Virus record (IMG/VR): IMGVR_UViG_3300025718_000019
Span: 1-35,987 of that record
Direction: 5' to 3' (one strand)
DNA from: a virus
Lineage: Duplodnaviria; Caudoviricetes
Length of the DNA: 35,987 nucleotides
Shown here: positions 1 through 8,997 of the stretch, one piece after another
Position numbering within the stretch: the first letter of the stretch is position 1
Layout: every line of letters begins with the position of its first letter
Made by a program: the position numbers and the translations under genes
The notes under the pieces: model-generated
Databases searched by the model: none
Seen by the model: the letters and a program-made list of their open reading frames with translations, nothing else
Told to the model about the DNA's origin: nothing

Positions 1-9
1 AATAGACGA

Positions 10-17
10 CAAATGTA
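10..17 (-). promoter_or_regulatory. Leftward Bacteroidota -7 promoter element (TACATTTG) for a gene just left of the window
   Basis: CAAATGTA on + reads TACATTTG on -, matching the TAnnTTTG consensus. Confidence 0.4.
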
Positions 18-36
18 TGCCAAAAAAGGACTTTCT

Positions 37-68
37 GTGACCTATTTTTGAATTTCAAAAAAGGTCAC
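37..68. repeat. Imperfect palindrome GTGACCT(A)TTTTTGAA-T-TTCAAAAAAGGTCAC; possible integrase arm or accessory site
   Basis: Near-perfect inverted repeat with one extra base, about 150 bp from the att-like core. The function is inferred. Confidence 0.45.
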
Positions 69-145
69 GATTTAGTCCGAAAAGTCTGTCTATTTATGGC
101 TAAATTTTGTCTTTTATAACAACAAAAATACAAGGTAGGAAGATG

Positions 146-180
146 AAAAAACCCTACAAAACGTTGATTTTGTAGGGTTT
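146..180 (-). terminator. Hairpin/terminator downstream (on -) of the tmRNA-like 3' fragment
   Basis: 13-bp perfect stem AAACCCTACAAAA (149-161) / TTTTGTAGGGTTT (168-180), 6-nt loop, U-tract on the - strand. Confidence 0.6.
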
Positions 181-215
181 GTCTTTTAGGCGTCGCTTTT
201 TGGCTAAACCAATCT

Positions 216-230
216 GTGGAGCTGGAGGGA
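216..230 (-). other. att core: duplicated 3' end of tmRNA (ssrA)
   Basis: The - strand reads TCCCTCCAGCTCCAC, resembling the T-stem 3' strand plus Ala-type acceptor end of tmRNA. Similarity stops at the T-loop, so this is a fragment and not a gene. Confidence 0.7.
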
Positions 231-275
231 AACTCCTAACCTATCTTAAATAGGTTTGTATGAGCATTATTATAT

Positions 276-321
276 TCGTGTAGTTCGTGTTTAATCGTGT
301 ATTCGTGGTTAATCGTGTATT
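276..321 (+). repeat. Five TCGTG units, including a 13-bp direct repeat TTAATCGTGTATT; probable att-arm sites
   Basis: TCGTG at 276, 285, 295, 303 and 313; the 13-mer at 291-303 and 309-321. Confidence 0.6.
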
Positions 322-400
322 TAGTATAAACCTATAATATCTAGTAAGTTATATACAATTAATATTCCTGCAGTATTTCTATAAAAGTAAATATATTTGA

Positions 401-796
401 TTATCCTGCTTGAGCACCATTCATTGGCGCATGTCCGTTTTTTAAATGTTCAACCTCTCTGGTTAACTCAGTTATCTCTTTCTGTTGTTCAAACATAATT
501 TTATAGCATTTGGCTAAGTCTGATGGCGGTTCATAGACTTCTACCGGACTAGAGACAACTTGATGTCCAATTTCTAATCCTTTTGGCATACTGTCGAAAA
601 AATAATTCATGTCTTTCCCGAAGTAAATGGCTATTCTTTCGAGTACTTCTACCGTTGGGTATGATGATCCATCCCTATAATTTTCAAGTGATTTCTTTGC
701 AATTCCAATTGAATCTGCAATATCCTGCACACGTATTTTTTTTTGCTCTAATTGCAAATCGCTTATTAAAGTCCTTATTTTGTGATGTATAAACAT
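401..796 (-). CDS. CI-like XRE helix-turn-helix repressor
   Basis: XRE HTH (VQDIADSIGIAKKSLENYRDGSSYPTVEVLERIA), C-terminal coiled coil, divergent from the early operon. Confidence 0.85.
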   Translation of the reverse strand: MFIHHKIRTLISDLQLEQKKIRVQDIADSIGIAKKSLENYRDGSSYPTVEVLERIAIYFGKDMNYFFDSMPKGLEIGHQVVSSPVEVYEPPSDLAKCYKIMFEQQKEITELTREVEHLKNGHAPMNGAQAG

Positions 797-820
797 TTTA
801 ATAAAATTGAATGATTATAA

Positions 821-887
821 ATAAGAATTATAATACGTTTTTTATTGCGAATAATAGTTCTCGTATAAGAATTATACTTTACATTTG
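821..887 (+). promoter_or_regulatory. Lysis/lysogeny switch: early rightward promoter with candidate operators
   Basis: TACATTTG at 880-887; 12-bp direct repeat ATAAGAATTATA at 821-832 and 865-876. Confidence 0.6.
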
Positions 888-918
888 CAGTATAAATATA
901 AGACTAATAATTGAACTG

Positions 919-1128
919 ATGGACGAAAATAACGAAAATATTGATGAAATCACCTTTAAAGACTATTACGATAATCTGGAAAGTGATGAAAAACGAATTG
1001 AAATACGGAATTTCTTTGTTCCGAAATACATGTCATATCCAACATTTTATAATAAATACAATAACAATAGTTGGAGTGAATATGATTTTGAAAAATTAGA
1101 AACATTAACCAATATAAATTTCAGATAA
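919..1128 (+). CDS. Cro-like small DNA-binding protein (69 aa)
   Basis: First gene opposite the repressor. Start moved from 811 to ATG 919 because the upstream part overlaps the promoter. Confidence 0.6.
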   Translation: MDENNENIDEITFKDYYDNLESDEKRIEIRNFFVPKYMSYPTFYNKYNNNSWSEYDFEKLETLTNINFR

Positions 1129-1682
1129 TGGAACTCAAAAACATTGAATTTAATATTCGCCCGGATGGTGAAGTGGAGGTAAGGTTTAAAGGTGAAAATG
1201 TTTTTACGTTGGAACCAACAAACAGGGAATTTATAAACCTGTTTATCGAACTGATCATTAGTAAACGCTCTATTGCTTTTACTGCCCTGGAGAAACGTTA
1301 CGCAAAAAGCAAAGAAAATACTATCTATTTTGAATTTTTGATTGTTCGTGGGTTTATCAAATGTAATTTTTCTATGTTGGACAACCAGGCCGACGTTGAT
1401 GAAAATGGAAATTTCAATACAGAATATATTCCATGCCCCCGAATGGGCGAATGTTCTGAATACGGATATATCTGCAATTCCCCTATAAATACAGAATTAT
1501 CTCCTCGTGAAATAGATATTCTCCGGTTGATCAAAGAAGGACTGGATAATGTGGCCATTGCGGACCGGTTATATATCAGTGTAAATACTGTCCATACTCA
1601 CCGGAACAATATCCTGAAAAAAACAGGATCCGAAAATACGGCCGACATGGTTCGCTATTGGTACGAATGCGAACTAAAATAA
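1128..1682 (+). CDS. LuxR-family HTH regulator with a Cys cluster
   Basis: C-terminal LSPREIDILRLIKEGLDNVAIADRLYISVNTVHTHRNNILKK, preceded by CPRMGEC...C. Confidence 0.9.
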   Translation: MELKNIEFNIRPDGEVEVRFKGENVFTLEPTNREFINLFIELIISKRSIAFTALEKRYAKSKENTIYFEFLIVRGFIKCNFSMLDNQADVDENGNFNTEYIPCPRMGECSEYGYICNSPINTELSPREIDILRLIKEGLDNVAIADRLYISVNTVHTHRNNILKKTGSENTADMVRYWYECELK

Positions 1683-1766
1683 ACTCCCACTAAAACCTCT
1701 CAACTCAACATAGTTTGTTGCCGTTATCCGAAATCGCAAGAAAATAGGGTATTAACCGCACAAACC

Positions 1767-1814
1767 ACTCCGTTCCGGAAGGAAGATGAAACGGTGTAAA
1801 AGCCGGAACGGAGT
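1767..1814 (+). other. Stem-loop in the early operon (12-bp stem, 24-nt purine-rich loop)
   Basis: ACTCCGTTCCGG (1767-1778) / CCGGAACGGAGT (1803-1814). Confidence 0.55.
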
Positions 1815-1844
1815 TTAATATTATTCACTCAAAAGTAGATAATT

Positions 1845-2105
1845 ATGACTCAAGCTCGTTTATTTCTTCGCAATAAACGCCATGAAGATGGCTCTTTCCC
1901 TGCAATGAATAAACTGAAAACAACAATGATTCGCCAGGGATATCCCGAAGCTGATCTTCATGTTGGATATGCAGTGGCCAAAGGATTATTTTATTGCAAA
2001 AAGTGTGAAACAAAGGTGATTAATCCACCTTCTGATTTTTACAAAGGAGCTGAATTTTGGATTTGCAAATGCGGACAAATCAACTATATAATTATAGAAA
2101 AATGA
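1845..2105 (+). CDS. Small zinc-ribbon protein
   Basis: CKKC...CKCG motifs; 86 aa. Confidence 0.7.
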   Translation: MTQARLFLRNKRHEDGSFPAMNKLKTTMIRQGYPEADLHVGYAVAKGLFYCKKCETKVINPPSDFYKGAEFWICKCGQINYIIIEK

Positions 2106-2398
2106 CAACAGGATTAATGACCAATCAATTGCCAACAGGAGAACAAATTGTATGTAAGTTTATCAATATGTTCAAAACAAACTTATTACATATAGAGGTA
2201 AACTTTAATCCTTATGATCACATTGCTTTTGCCAAAAATAATATCTGTGCATTACCTGGAGTAAAAATGCTAACCGGTGCTCAGGCTAATGGAAAAAATA
2301 AAGGTCAATTTTCTTTTCTACTTGCTCGTGATTTTGATATGTCAGAACTTGAATCTGATATTAAAAATGAGTTTGAAAATTATTTTATAAAATTCTAA
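2102..2398 (+). CDS. Hypothetical phage protein
   Basis: ATGA overlap with the upstream stop supports a start at 2102. Confidence 0.7.
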   Translation: MTTGLMTNQLPTGEQIVCKFINMFKTNLLHIEVNFNPYDHIAFAKNNICALPGVKMLTGAQANGKNKGQFSFLLARDFDMSELESDIKNEFENYFIKF

Positions 2399-2400
2399 AT

Positions 2401-2538
2401 ATGAAAAATCACCACCAATTTAATAACGAACGAAAACGCCTGAACGACTGGCGCGATGAACAACGTGCAAACGCTTTTACATGGGCTGTTGTATCCTTTG
2501 TAGTTGTCTGTTTAATTATTCATTTTACTAAAATATAG
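2401..2538 (+). CDS. Small single-TM protein (45 aa)
   Basis: MKNHHQFNNERKRLNDWRDEQRANAFTWAVVSFVVVCLIIHFTKI; begins 2 nt after the upstream stop; absent from the ORF track. Confidence 0.6.
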   Translation: MKNHHQFNNERKRLNDWRDEQRANAFTWAVVSFVVVCLIIHFTKI

Positions 2539-2544
2539 GTTCTT

Positions 2545-2661
2545 ATGAAACATAATTACTCAGATATTTTGAAAATACTATTTATGGTTTTGTTTTTTGT
2601 AACGTTTTTCCTCATTTGTATTTACGCAATAACAGCATCGCCCTATGAGTATTCTTATTAG
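2545..2661 (+). CDS. Small single-TM protein (38 aa)
   Basis: MKHNYSDILKILFMVLFFVTFFLICIYAITASPYEYSY; tight operon spacing. Confidence 0.55.
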   Translation: MKHNYSDILKILFMVLFFVTFFLICIYAITASPYEYSY

Positions 2662-2788
2662 CATTTTGAAACTGTCCGTCGGTTTATTCCTGGTATATAT
2701 GGCTATTCGGTCAACCAGAAACCTGAGAGTTTTACTGAAGAAAGAAAAGGATATCTATTTAAAATCAAACTTAAAAAACAAAAAATAG
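2645..2788 (+). CDS. Small single-TM protein with basic tail (47 aa)
   Basis: MSILISILKLSVGLFLVYMAIRSTRNLRVLLKKEKDIYLKSNLKKQK; ends 2 nt before the next ATG. Confidence 0.55.
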   Translation: MSILISILKLSVGLFLVYMAIRSTRNLRVLLKKEKDIYLKSNLKNKK

Positions 2789-2790
2789 CT

Positions 2791-3144
2791 ATGGATCTAA
2801 AAAAATATTGCCTGCAGTCACTCACTGATCCCACATGGATAGATAAAACAATTGCCGAAATGGGTGAATTGAAATTTTGGATTTTTGCAAAAAAAGTTTA
2901 CGATCTACTAGATACGCTGAAAGTAGGTGAATCGATGAAAATTCCAACCGTGAATGAATCAAATACTGAATTTTACATCAAAATTTCATGCTACTATGTT
3001 TCAGAATCAAATTGTTGTTACCAATTTAATCGCTCATATACTGAAGTAAAAAGACAATTTGACAACGATAAAATAACCGCTTCAATCAAACTCCTTAAAC
3101 AAAATAAAATAACCTATGAAACATTGGTCCAAACCTCAAATTAG
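2791..3144 (+). CDS. Hypothetical phage protein
   Basis: 117-aa ORF in the early operon. Confidence 0.75.
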   Translation: MDLKKYCLQSLTDPTWIDKTIAEMGELKFWIFAKKVYDLLDTLKVGESMKIPTVNESNTEFYIKISCYYVSESNCCYQFNRSYTEVKRQFDNDKITASIKLLKQNKITYETLVQTSN

Positions 3145-3490
3145 ATATGTTTTCAAATACGTTCATGAAAAACCACTCCCGCAAATTGCTAAGGATATTG
3201 GACGTTCCGAAGTTGCTCTTAATCTTTTCCTACACCGTCACCGAAATGATCCGCGATTGCTGCAGAAAAAGAACCTTCTTATCCAACTGCTACAAAAAAA
3301 GTTCAAAGATATTGCCTGTTTTACGCCTACACGTTCATTTTTTGACGAGGTAAAGGTTGGACAAAAACGCTACTGGAGCATTTACAAAGGTACAGAGCAA
3401 ATTACTGAGGAAGAATTAAAACGTATTGCCGCATATTTAGAAGTGACATTGGAGGGAATCTACGAGGCCCGACAACTTGAACTTTATTGA
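3116..3490 (+). CDS. HTH-containing DNA-binding protein
   Basis: N-terminal WS..Q...PLPQIAKDIGRSEVAL HTH-like segment, a second XRE-like segment, and C-terminal RQLELY. Confidence 0.7.
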   Translation: MKHWSKPQIRYVFKYVHEKPLPQIAKDIGRSEVALNLFLHRHRNDPRLLQKKNLLIQLLQKKFKDIACFTPTRSFFDEVKVGQKRYWSIYKGTEQITEEELKRIAAYLEVTLEGIYEARQLELY

Positions 3491-3504
3491 AACCTAAAAA
3501 TCAC

Positions 3505-6500
3505 ATGAGCCAAATTTCACCCGATATAATTTCAAAAATCAAAGATAAAGCCGATATCGTACAAGTTATCGGTAAATCGTTGAAACTCACAAAACACGGT
3601 CGCAATTACGTTGGTATATGTCCGTTTCATGCCGATACTGCTCCATCGCTTACCGTTTCACCTCAAAAAAACATTTATACTTGCTTTGCCTGTGGCGCCA
3701 CCGGTGATGTAATCAATTTTGTAAAAGAGATAGAACGGATCTCATTTATTGATGCCGTGAAAAGTCTGGCAAAAGATTGCCATATTGAACTGCCGGAAGT
3801 GAGTATGACCGCTGAGGAAATAGCACGACAAAAACAGCGAGAATCTGTTTTTATCGTACTGCAGGAAAGTCAGACCCAATTTACCGAAAACCTGAAAGCC
3901 TTTGAATCTGCATCGGAATACGTAAAAGTAAACCGCCAGCTCACTGACGAAACCATTGAACTATTCCGGATTGGGTATGCTCAAACAGATAATCAAATTA
4001 CCCGCGAATTTCCAAAACGTGGTTATAGTTTCGATTTATTGCTGGCTGCAGGAATGACCGGGATATCGGAAGAAAAGAAATTTCAATACGATACCTTTCG
4101 CCAACGCATTACATTTCCGTATTTGGATCTGCACGGCCGGCCGATCGGTTTTACCGGACGCATTACCGAAAACGATACAAAATACGCTAAATACCTGAAT
4201 ACGCCTAATACATTGGTGTTCAATAAAGGCAATGTATTGTTTGGATTATTCCAGGCTAAAGAAGCCATTTCGAAACAAAATAAAGCTTACCTGGTGGAAG
4301 GTCAGTTTGATGTGGCTTCCATTTATCAACGTGGAGTAAAAAACATCATAGCCGGATCAGGAACGGCTCTCACCGATGCTCAGGCACGGTTATTAAAACG
4401 ATTCACCAATACCGTAGTTGGAATTTATGATCCGGACACTGCCGGACTCAAAGCAAGCATTGCCAACGCCAAAACATTCCTGGCGCACGGATTCGACGTT
4501 CGGGCCATCATGCTTCCGGAGGGACAGGATCCTGACGATTTTGCAAAAGCTTCAGTAAATCAGGATTTATCCATTTTGCTGAAAAACAGAGAACTTTCGT
4601 TTATTGAATATTTCTTTGAAGCCAAGAAAGTGGCAAAAGCTTCCGACTTCGAAAGCGAGCAACTTCTTGATCAGATTTGCGAATGTATTGCAGTAGTCCC
4701 AAGTAAAAGTCTTAGAGAAAAATATTTAATAAGTGTATCAAATACATTTAACGTTCAGTTAAATCTACTGAAAGAAAAAGCTAAGCCAACTAAGGAACTT
4801 AAAATAGAAAACTGGAAACATGGTTTCTATGGCATGGAAGAAGCAACCGAATTGCTCGAAGAGGATGAAGAATCCGATTGCTGGTTGGTATTTGATCAGA
4901 AAAAATTTATTGAATCATTCTCCGAAAATCCAACCATTTTAGCGGTTGGTAATCCTACATTAACCGATTTACAAGCATTAATACCGGTAACCAGCAGAAT
5001 CACTACAGCAGTATTCAAAGAGCTGAAACCTACAGAATCAGGAGAGCCAAAGCCATTGCTATTATTGAAAAATATGCATAAAAACGGCTTTGAAATATTG
5101 GTTGATAACAGTGACACACTAATGAGTTTCAGCGATTTTTACATTGAAATGTATAGTGAGTTACTGAATGCTTCAAGTTCGGAAGACAGAATAACCGATA
5201 GTACTAAAATAGCTGAAGTAATAGGCAAGTGTGCCGAAGTAATATCTCAGTTGGATGCAACTGTTAGAGTAGTTATTCAGGATGTTTACGCTAAAAAGCT
5301 GAACATGAAAGCTACAGCATTCGAAAAAGTAATGAAACCGTTCCTGGCTAAAAAGAAAGATAAAGCCATGATCGACAATCAGCGAATGAGTGAACTTGGC
5401 CAGACAATCGATTCAGAAATTATTCCGGATTATGTGGAAAAAGATAAAGTGCTTTGGAATAACTACAACAAATGGGGATTTTATCCATTGGCCGACAAAG
5501 ATGGCCGGTACTTCACGTATATGTTCAAAAACCAAAATGGCGGTAGCAGTCATTCTCCGGTATCTGATTTCTACATTAAACCATTACTTCATATTTTCGA
5601 TGAAAGTAACGACGATGCCAACAATAAGCGTGTAATTCAGCTTTGCCACATGGACAAACGCATGGATAAATATGTAGAGTGGAAATCCGGCATATTTGCC
5701 GTATTGCCAAAGGTTCACGAAAAATTGGTGAATGTAGGTCCTTACAATTATTTCGGGACGGTAGATCAATACAAGCGCATTTGGATGAATATGAGTTACG
5801 GTTTTACTAAATGCTATCCTACCGGAATACTCGGCCAACACAACGACGGTTTTTTTGTATTTGGGAATGCTATATTTCACAAGGTAGCCGGCAAATATCA
5901 GATTGATTATGTGGATGATCTTGGAGTAGTTACGCATGACGATACAAACTATTACCTGCCGGCATTTTCCAAAATTCACCTGGATAGGAAAAACGACAGC
6001 GATAAGAACCGGTACAAACTGGCACGTAACTTCATGTACAAGGAAATAAACGAAGATAAGCAGCTTTCATTTAAGAAGTGGGCTGAGCTAATGGATAGTG
6101 TTTATACAGTGAACGACAACGGAAAGTGGGCAATCCTTTACGCAATTACATGCGGTTTTCGTGACTTTATTTTCGAAAGCCGTGGCGAGTTCACCGCACC
6201 GTTTTTTATCGGTCCTACAAGCTCCGGTAAGTCCAAAATTGCAGAATCGATCCGTAACCTGTATATGGATTATAAGTCGGCAGCATTCAACCTGAACACC
6301 GGTACACCGGCAGCTTTTTTCATGTTTATCGAAAGCTTGAGAAATTTGCCGATCGTGATGGAAGAATACAACGACAACACAATTAACCCTATGATATTCC
6401 AGGCACTGAAGGCAGCCACATTGGACGGACAAGGGCGTATAAAAGTGGCTGATGCTGCCAGTAAGACCATGGACAGTTCCGAAATAAACGCATCACTTAT

Positions 6501-7446
6501 TCTGCTCGGCCAAGAGGCTCCGCAAAAGGATGATGGATCGCTGGCCAATCGCTGTATTATTTGCGATGTTCCGTCGCGTGACTTCACCGAAGAGGAGAGT
6601 GCCATATTTGAAGAATTGAAAAATAATGAGAAATCAGGTCTTTCAAACATTCTCCTGCAGGTGCTTGAGCTTCGCGAAATATACGAACGTCATTATCTCA
6701 CTATTTTATCCGACGAAACCAAAAAACTCAAAGAATCGGTAAAAGTAAACGTATCGAACACAGAAGGATTAATGCGTATTGTCAACGCTTGTGCCCTGAT
6801 GACGGCTACATGCAAGTTACTGGAGGAACATGCTCCACATATGCAGTTGCCATTCACATACACCGAATTTTTACCCATTGCACAGCAAAAAGTATTCAGC
6901 CAGATAGAACGGATATCGAGCACAAACAAACTTTCTACCTACTTCCAAACCATGTCAACGCTGATTACTCATGAACGGATAAAGATTGGCCGTGAACTAA
7001 AAATAAATGTGCCAGGAAGTGTGACACGTATGCTCAGCGGAAAGGTGAAAGATGTGGTTGAACTGGCTGCAGATACCAAAGTATTGTACATCGATTTCGA
7101 AGGTGTTTATTCCCTTTATCAGAAAGAAATAGGAAGTAATGAAGCTCTTAGCCGGCAATCGCTTACGGCTTATTTCAACAGTAACCCGGCATTCATTGGC
7201 CTTTGCAACGCTACCCGCTTTAAATGGAGTGTTCCGGAACATGCCGGATCTTCGGTTGAAGCTGAAATTGCACTCGATGGTGAATCGGTAAATACCAATG
7301 TGAACGCTCGTATGCGAATGATTGACAAGACTAAAACCACATCGGCATACATGTTCAATTACAACATTCTGAAAGGGCTTGTGGATATCGACTTTGAACG
7401 AATAGAAGAAACCGGAGTACCGGTAGACAATGACTTACCATTTTAA
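3505..7446 (+). CDS. dnaG: DnaG-type primase fused to a C-terminal P-loop helicase-like domain
   Basis: CHC2 finger (CPFH...CFAC), KYLNTP, Toprim EGQFD and YDPD, GQDPDD; Walker A GPTSSGKS and Walker B-like IVMEE. ATG 3505 preferred over TTG 3487. Confidence 0.92.
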   Translation: MSQISPDIISKIKDKADIVQVIGKSLKLTKHGRNYVGICPFHADTAPSLTVSPQKNIYTCFACGATGDVINFVKEIERISFIDAVKSLAKDCHIELPEVSMTAEEIARQKQRESVFIVLQESQTQFTENLKAFESASEYVKVNRQLTDETIELFRIGYAQTDNQITREFPKRGYSFDLLLAAGMTGISEEKKFQYDTFRQRITFPYLDLHGRPIGFTGRITENDTKYAKYLNTPNTLVFNKGNVLFGLFQAKEAISKQNKAYLVEGQFDVASIYQRGVKNIIAGSGTALTDAQARLLKRFTNTVVGIYDPDTAGLKASIANAKTFLAHGFDVRAIMLPEGQDPDDFAKASVNQDLSILLKNRELSFIEYFFEAKKVAKASDFESEQLLDQICECIAVVPSKSLREKYLISVSNTFNVQLNLLKEKAKPTKELKIENWKHGFYGMEEATELLEEDEESDCWLVFDQKKFIESFSENPTILAVGNPTLTDLQALIPVTSRITTAVFKELKPTESGEPKPLLLLKNMHKNGFEILVDNSDTLMSFSDFYIEMYSELLNASSSEDRITDSTKIAEVIGKCAEVISQLDATVRVVIQDVYAKKLNMKATAFEKVMKPFLAKKKDKAMIDNQRMSELGQTIDSEIIPDYVEKDKVLWNNYNKWGFYPLADKDGRYFTYMFKNQNGGSSHSPVSDFYIKPLLHIFDESNDDANNKRVIQLCHMDKRMDKYVEWKSGIFAVLPKVHEKLVNVGPYNYFGTVDQYKRIWMNMSYGFTKCYPTGILGQHNDGFFVFGNAIFHKVAGKYQIDYVDDLGVVTHDDTNYYLPAFSKIHLDRKNDSDKNRYKLARNFMYKEINEDKQLSFKKWAELMDSVYTVNDNGKWAILYAITCGFRDFIFESRGEFTAPFFIGPTSSGKSKIAESIRNLYMDYKSAAFNLNTGTPAAFFMFIESLRNLPIVMEEYNDNTINPMIFQALKAATLDGQGRIKVADAASKTMDSSEINASLILLGQEAPQKDDGSLANRCIICDVPSRDFTEEESAIFEELKNNEKSGLSNILLQVLELREIYERHYLTILSDETKKLKESVKVNVSNTEGLMRIVNACALMTATCKLLEEHAPHMQLPFTYTEFLPIAQQKVFSQIERISSTNKLSTYFQTMSTLITHERIKIGRELKINVPGSVTRMLSGKVKDVVELAADTKVLYIDFEGVYSLYQKEIGSNEALSRQSLTAYFNSNPAFIGLCNATRFKWSVPEHAGSSVEAEIALDGESVNTNVNARMRMIDKTKTTSAYMFNYNILKGLVDIDFERIEETGVPVDNDLPF

Positions 7447-7460
7447 AAAAAAACAATATC

Positions 7461-7826
7461 ATGATAATAGCAATAGATTTTGACGGAACAATAGTAGATG
7501 ATTGCTATCCGGAAATAGGACCAATTAAGCCAAACGCAAAAGAAATAATTGATAAACTTCACACGGAAGGACATTACATAATTATTTGGACTTGTAGAAC
7601 TGGAATTCATGGAGCTAATGCAGAAGAATTTCTAATTGAAAAGAATATAAAGTTTCATCAAATAAATAAAAGCAATCCTGAAAATGTAGAAAAGTATAAA
7701 CTTGACACACGAAAAGTTTATGCAGACATATACGTAGACGATAAAGGATTAATAGAATTACCGGATTGGAATGAAATCTATAAGATTATAAATAAAAAAC
7801 AATATAAACAATTAAATTTAAAGTAA
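7461..7826 (+). CDS. HAD-superfamily phosphatase-like protein
   Basis: IAIDFDGTIV, IIWTCR, K..ADIYVDDK (HAD motifs I-IV). Confidence 0.88.
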   Translation: MIIAIDFDGTIVDDCYPEIGPIKPNAKEIIDKLHTEGHYIIIWTCRTGIHGANAEEFLIEKNIKFHQINKSNPENVEKYKLDTRKVYADIYVDDKGLIELPDWNEIYKIINKKQYKQLNLK

Positions 7827-7827
7827 A

Positions 7828-8367
7828 ATGAAAATTACAAAAACAGCAGCTGAAGAAACTGCAAAACAAATGGCTAATGATTCGATGAATGAAAATATTG
7901 AAAATTCACGAAATAAATTGATTGAATTCGTCAGTTTAAAAGTTGAACAACAAGTTCCAGAAGATCTATTAATTATTTTTCGAGATGAAAAATATGAAAA
8001 TTATTTTAGAACCAGTAATTGTTTCAGAGTATCATACGAGAATAAATGTGATTACTTTGATTACATTAGTTTAAATTCTTATTTCCCGGTAAAAAATGGA
8101 GATAATATAGTTGACCTTCAAAAAAAAGATTATGATCAATTCGTTGAGTTATTGAAAAGAAAAAAAGAATTGATTAGATCAAAGGAATACTTGATTAAAA
8201 GAATATATAATGCAGTGCTTTCAATGGGAACAGTGAAGCGATTGGAAAAAGAATTCCCTGAAGCATTTGAAGCCATGCCTGAACAGTTCAAAACTGAACG
8301 TGTAAGTACAACTATTGCAGTTCCAGTGGATGATATTTTGAAAGAACTTAATTTTTATAAGGATTAA
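7828..8367 (+). CDS. Hypothetical protein, possibly Nmad5-like
   Basis: C-terminal TVKRLEKEFPEA pattern recalls Nmad5; recognised from memory, not searched. Confidence 0.5.
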   Translation: MKITKTAAEETAKQMANDSMNENIENSRNKLIEFVSLKVEQQVPEDLLIIFRDEKYENYFRTSNCFRVSYENKCDYFDYISLNSYFPVKNGDNIVDLQKKDYDQFVELLKRKKELIRSKEYLIKRIYNAVLSMGTVKRLEKEFPEAFEAMPEQFKTERVSTTIAVPVDDILKELNFYKD

Positions 8368-8370
8368 GCC

Positions 8371-8997
8371 ATGAGAGAACTACCAGCTTTATTCTCCACG
8401 CCCATGGTGCAAGCCATACTGGAGAACCGAAAAACAATGACCAGGAGAACAAAAGGATTAGAGAAAGTGAATGAAAATCAGGATGATTGGGAACAAATAG
8501 CCTACGGACCACACCCTGAAAATGATAATGATACACGCTGTTACATATATTTTCGTCTAAAAAAAATGAATACTTGGGCTTATTGCAAACCGCGCTATCA
8601 GGTTGGTGATCATATTTGGGTGAAAGAAACATGGAGACAAAATCAGTTTCAAAAAGATATTATCATGTATAAAGCTGATACAGCTTATCCGGAAAAATTC
8701 AAATGGAAATCATCCTTATTCATGCGAAAAGAATATACCCGTATTTGGCTTGAAGTAACGGGAGTAACCTGTGAAAGGTTACACGATATTACCGAAGCTG
8801 ATGCAATAGCTGAAGGGATTAAAATTATAGAAGATGACGAAGCATATTTTGATTATGAATTTAATGGTGAAAATGGATCATGCGCAACTGCTAAAGGTTC
8901 TTTCTATAGTTTATGGAATAAAATAAACGGTAAAGAATCCTTTGATCTTAACCCTTGGGTATTTGTATATGAATTTAAAAAAATTGTAAAGCCATGA
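8371..8997 (+). CDS. ASCH/PUA-like conserved phage protein
   Basis: LFSTPMVQAILENRKTMTRR, GD.IWVKETW, ERLHDITEADAIAEG, NPWVFVYEF. Confidence 0.8.
   Translation: MRELPALFSTPMVQAILENRKTMTRRTKGLEKVNENQDDWEQIAYGPHPENDNDTRCYIYFRLKKMNTWAYCKPRYQVGDHIWVKETWRQNQFQKDIIMYKADTAYPEKFKWKSSLFMRKEYTRIWLEVTGVTCERLHDITEADAIAEGIKIIEDDEAYFDYEFNGENGSCATAKGSFYSLWNKINGKESFDLNPWVFVYEFKKIVKP

Noticed and set aside
149-180. Link between the CCTACA/TGTAGG in this hairpin and the origin iterons
   Set aside because: Only a 6-bp match, adequately explained as part of a terminator stem.
216-240. Complete tRNA or tmRNA gene
   Set aside because: Only 15 nt of 3'-end similarity; no intact T-loop or 5' acceptor strand.
811-918. 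N-terminal extension of ORF 811-1128
   Set aside because: It overlaps the promoter and operator region (the LYIC translation is the TACATTTG box); ATG 919 is more plausible.
4083-7358. Multiple antisense or alternate-frame ORFs within the primase-helicase (and similar ones in capsid, terminase, portal and fibre genes)
   Set aside because: Shadow frames of long genuine genes, with no motifs or initiation signals.
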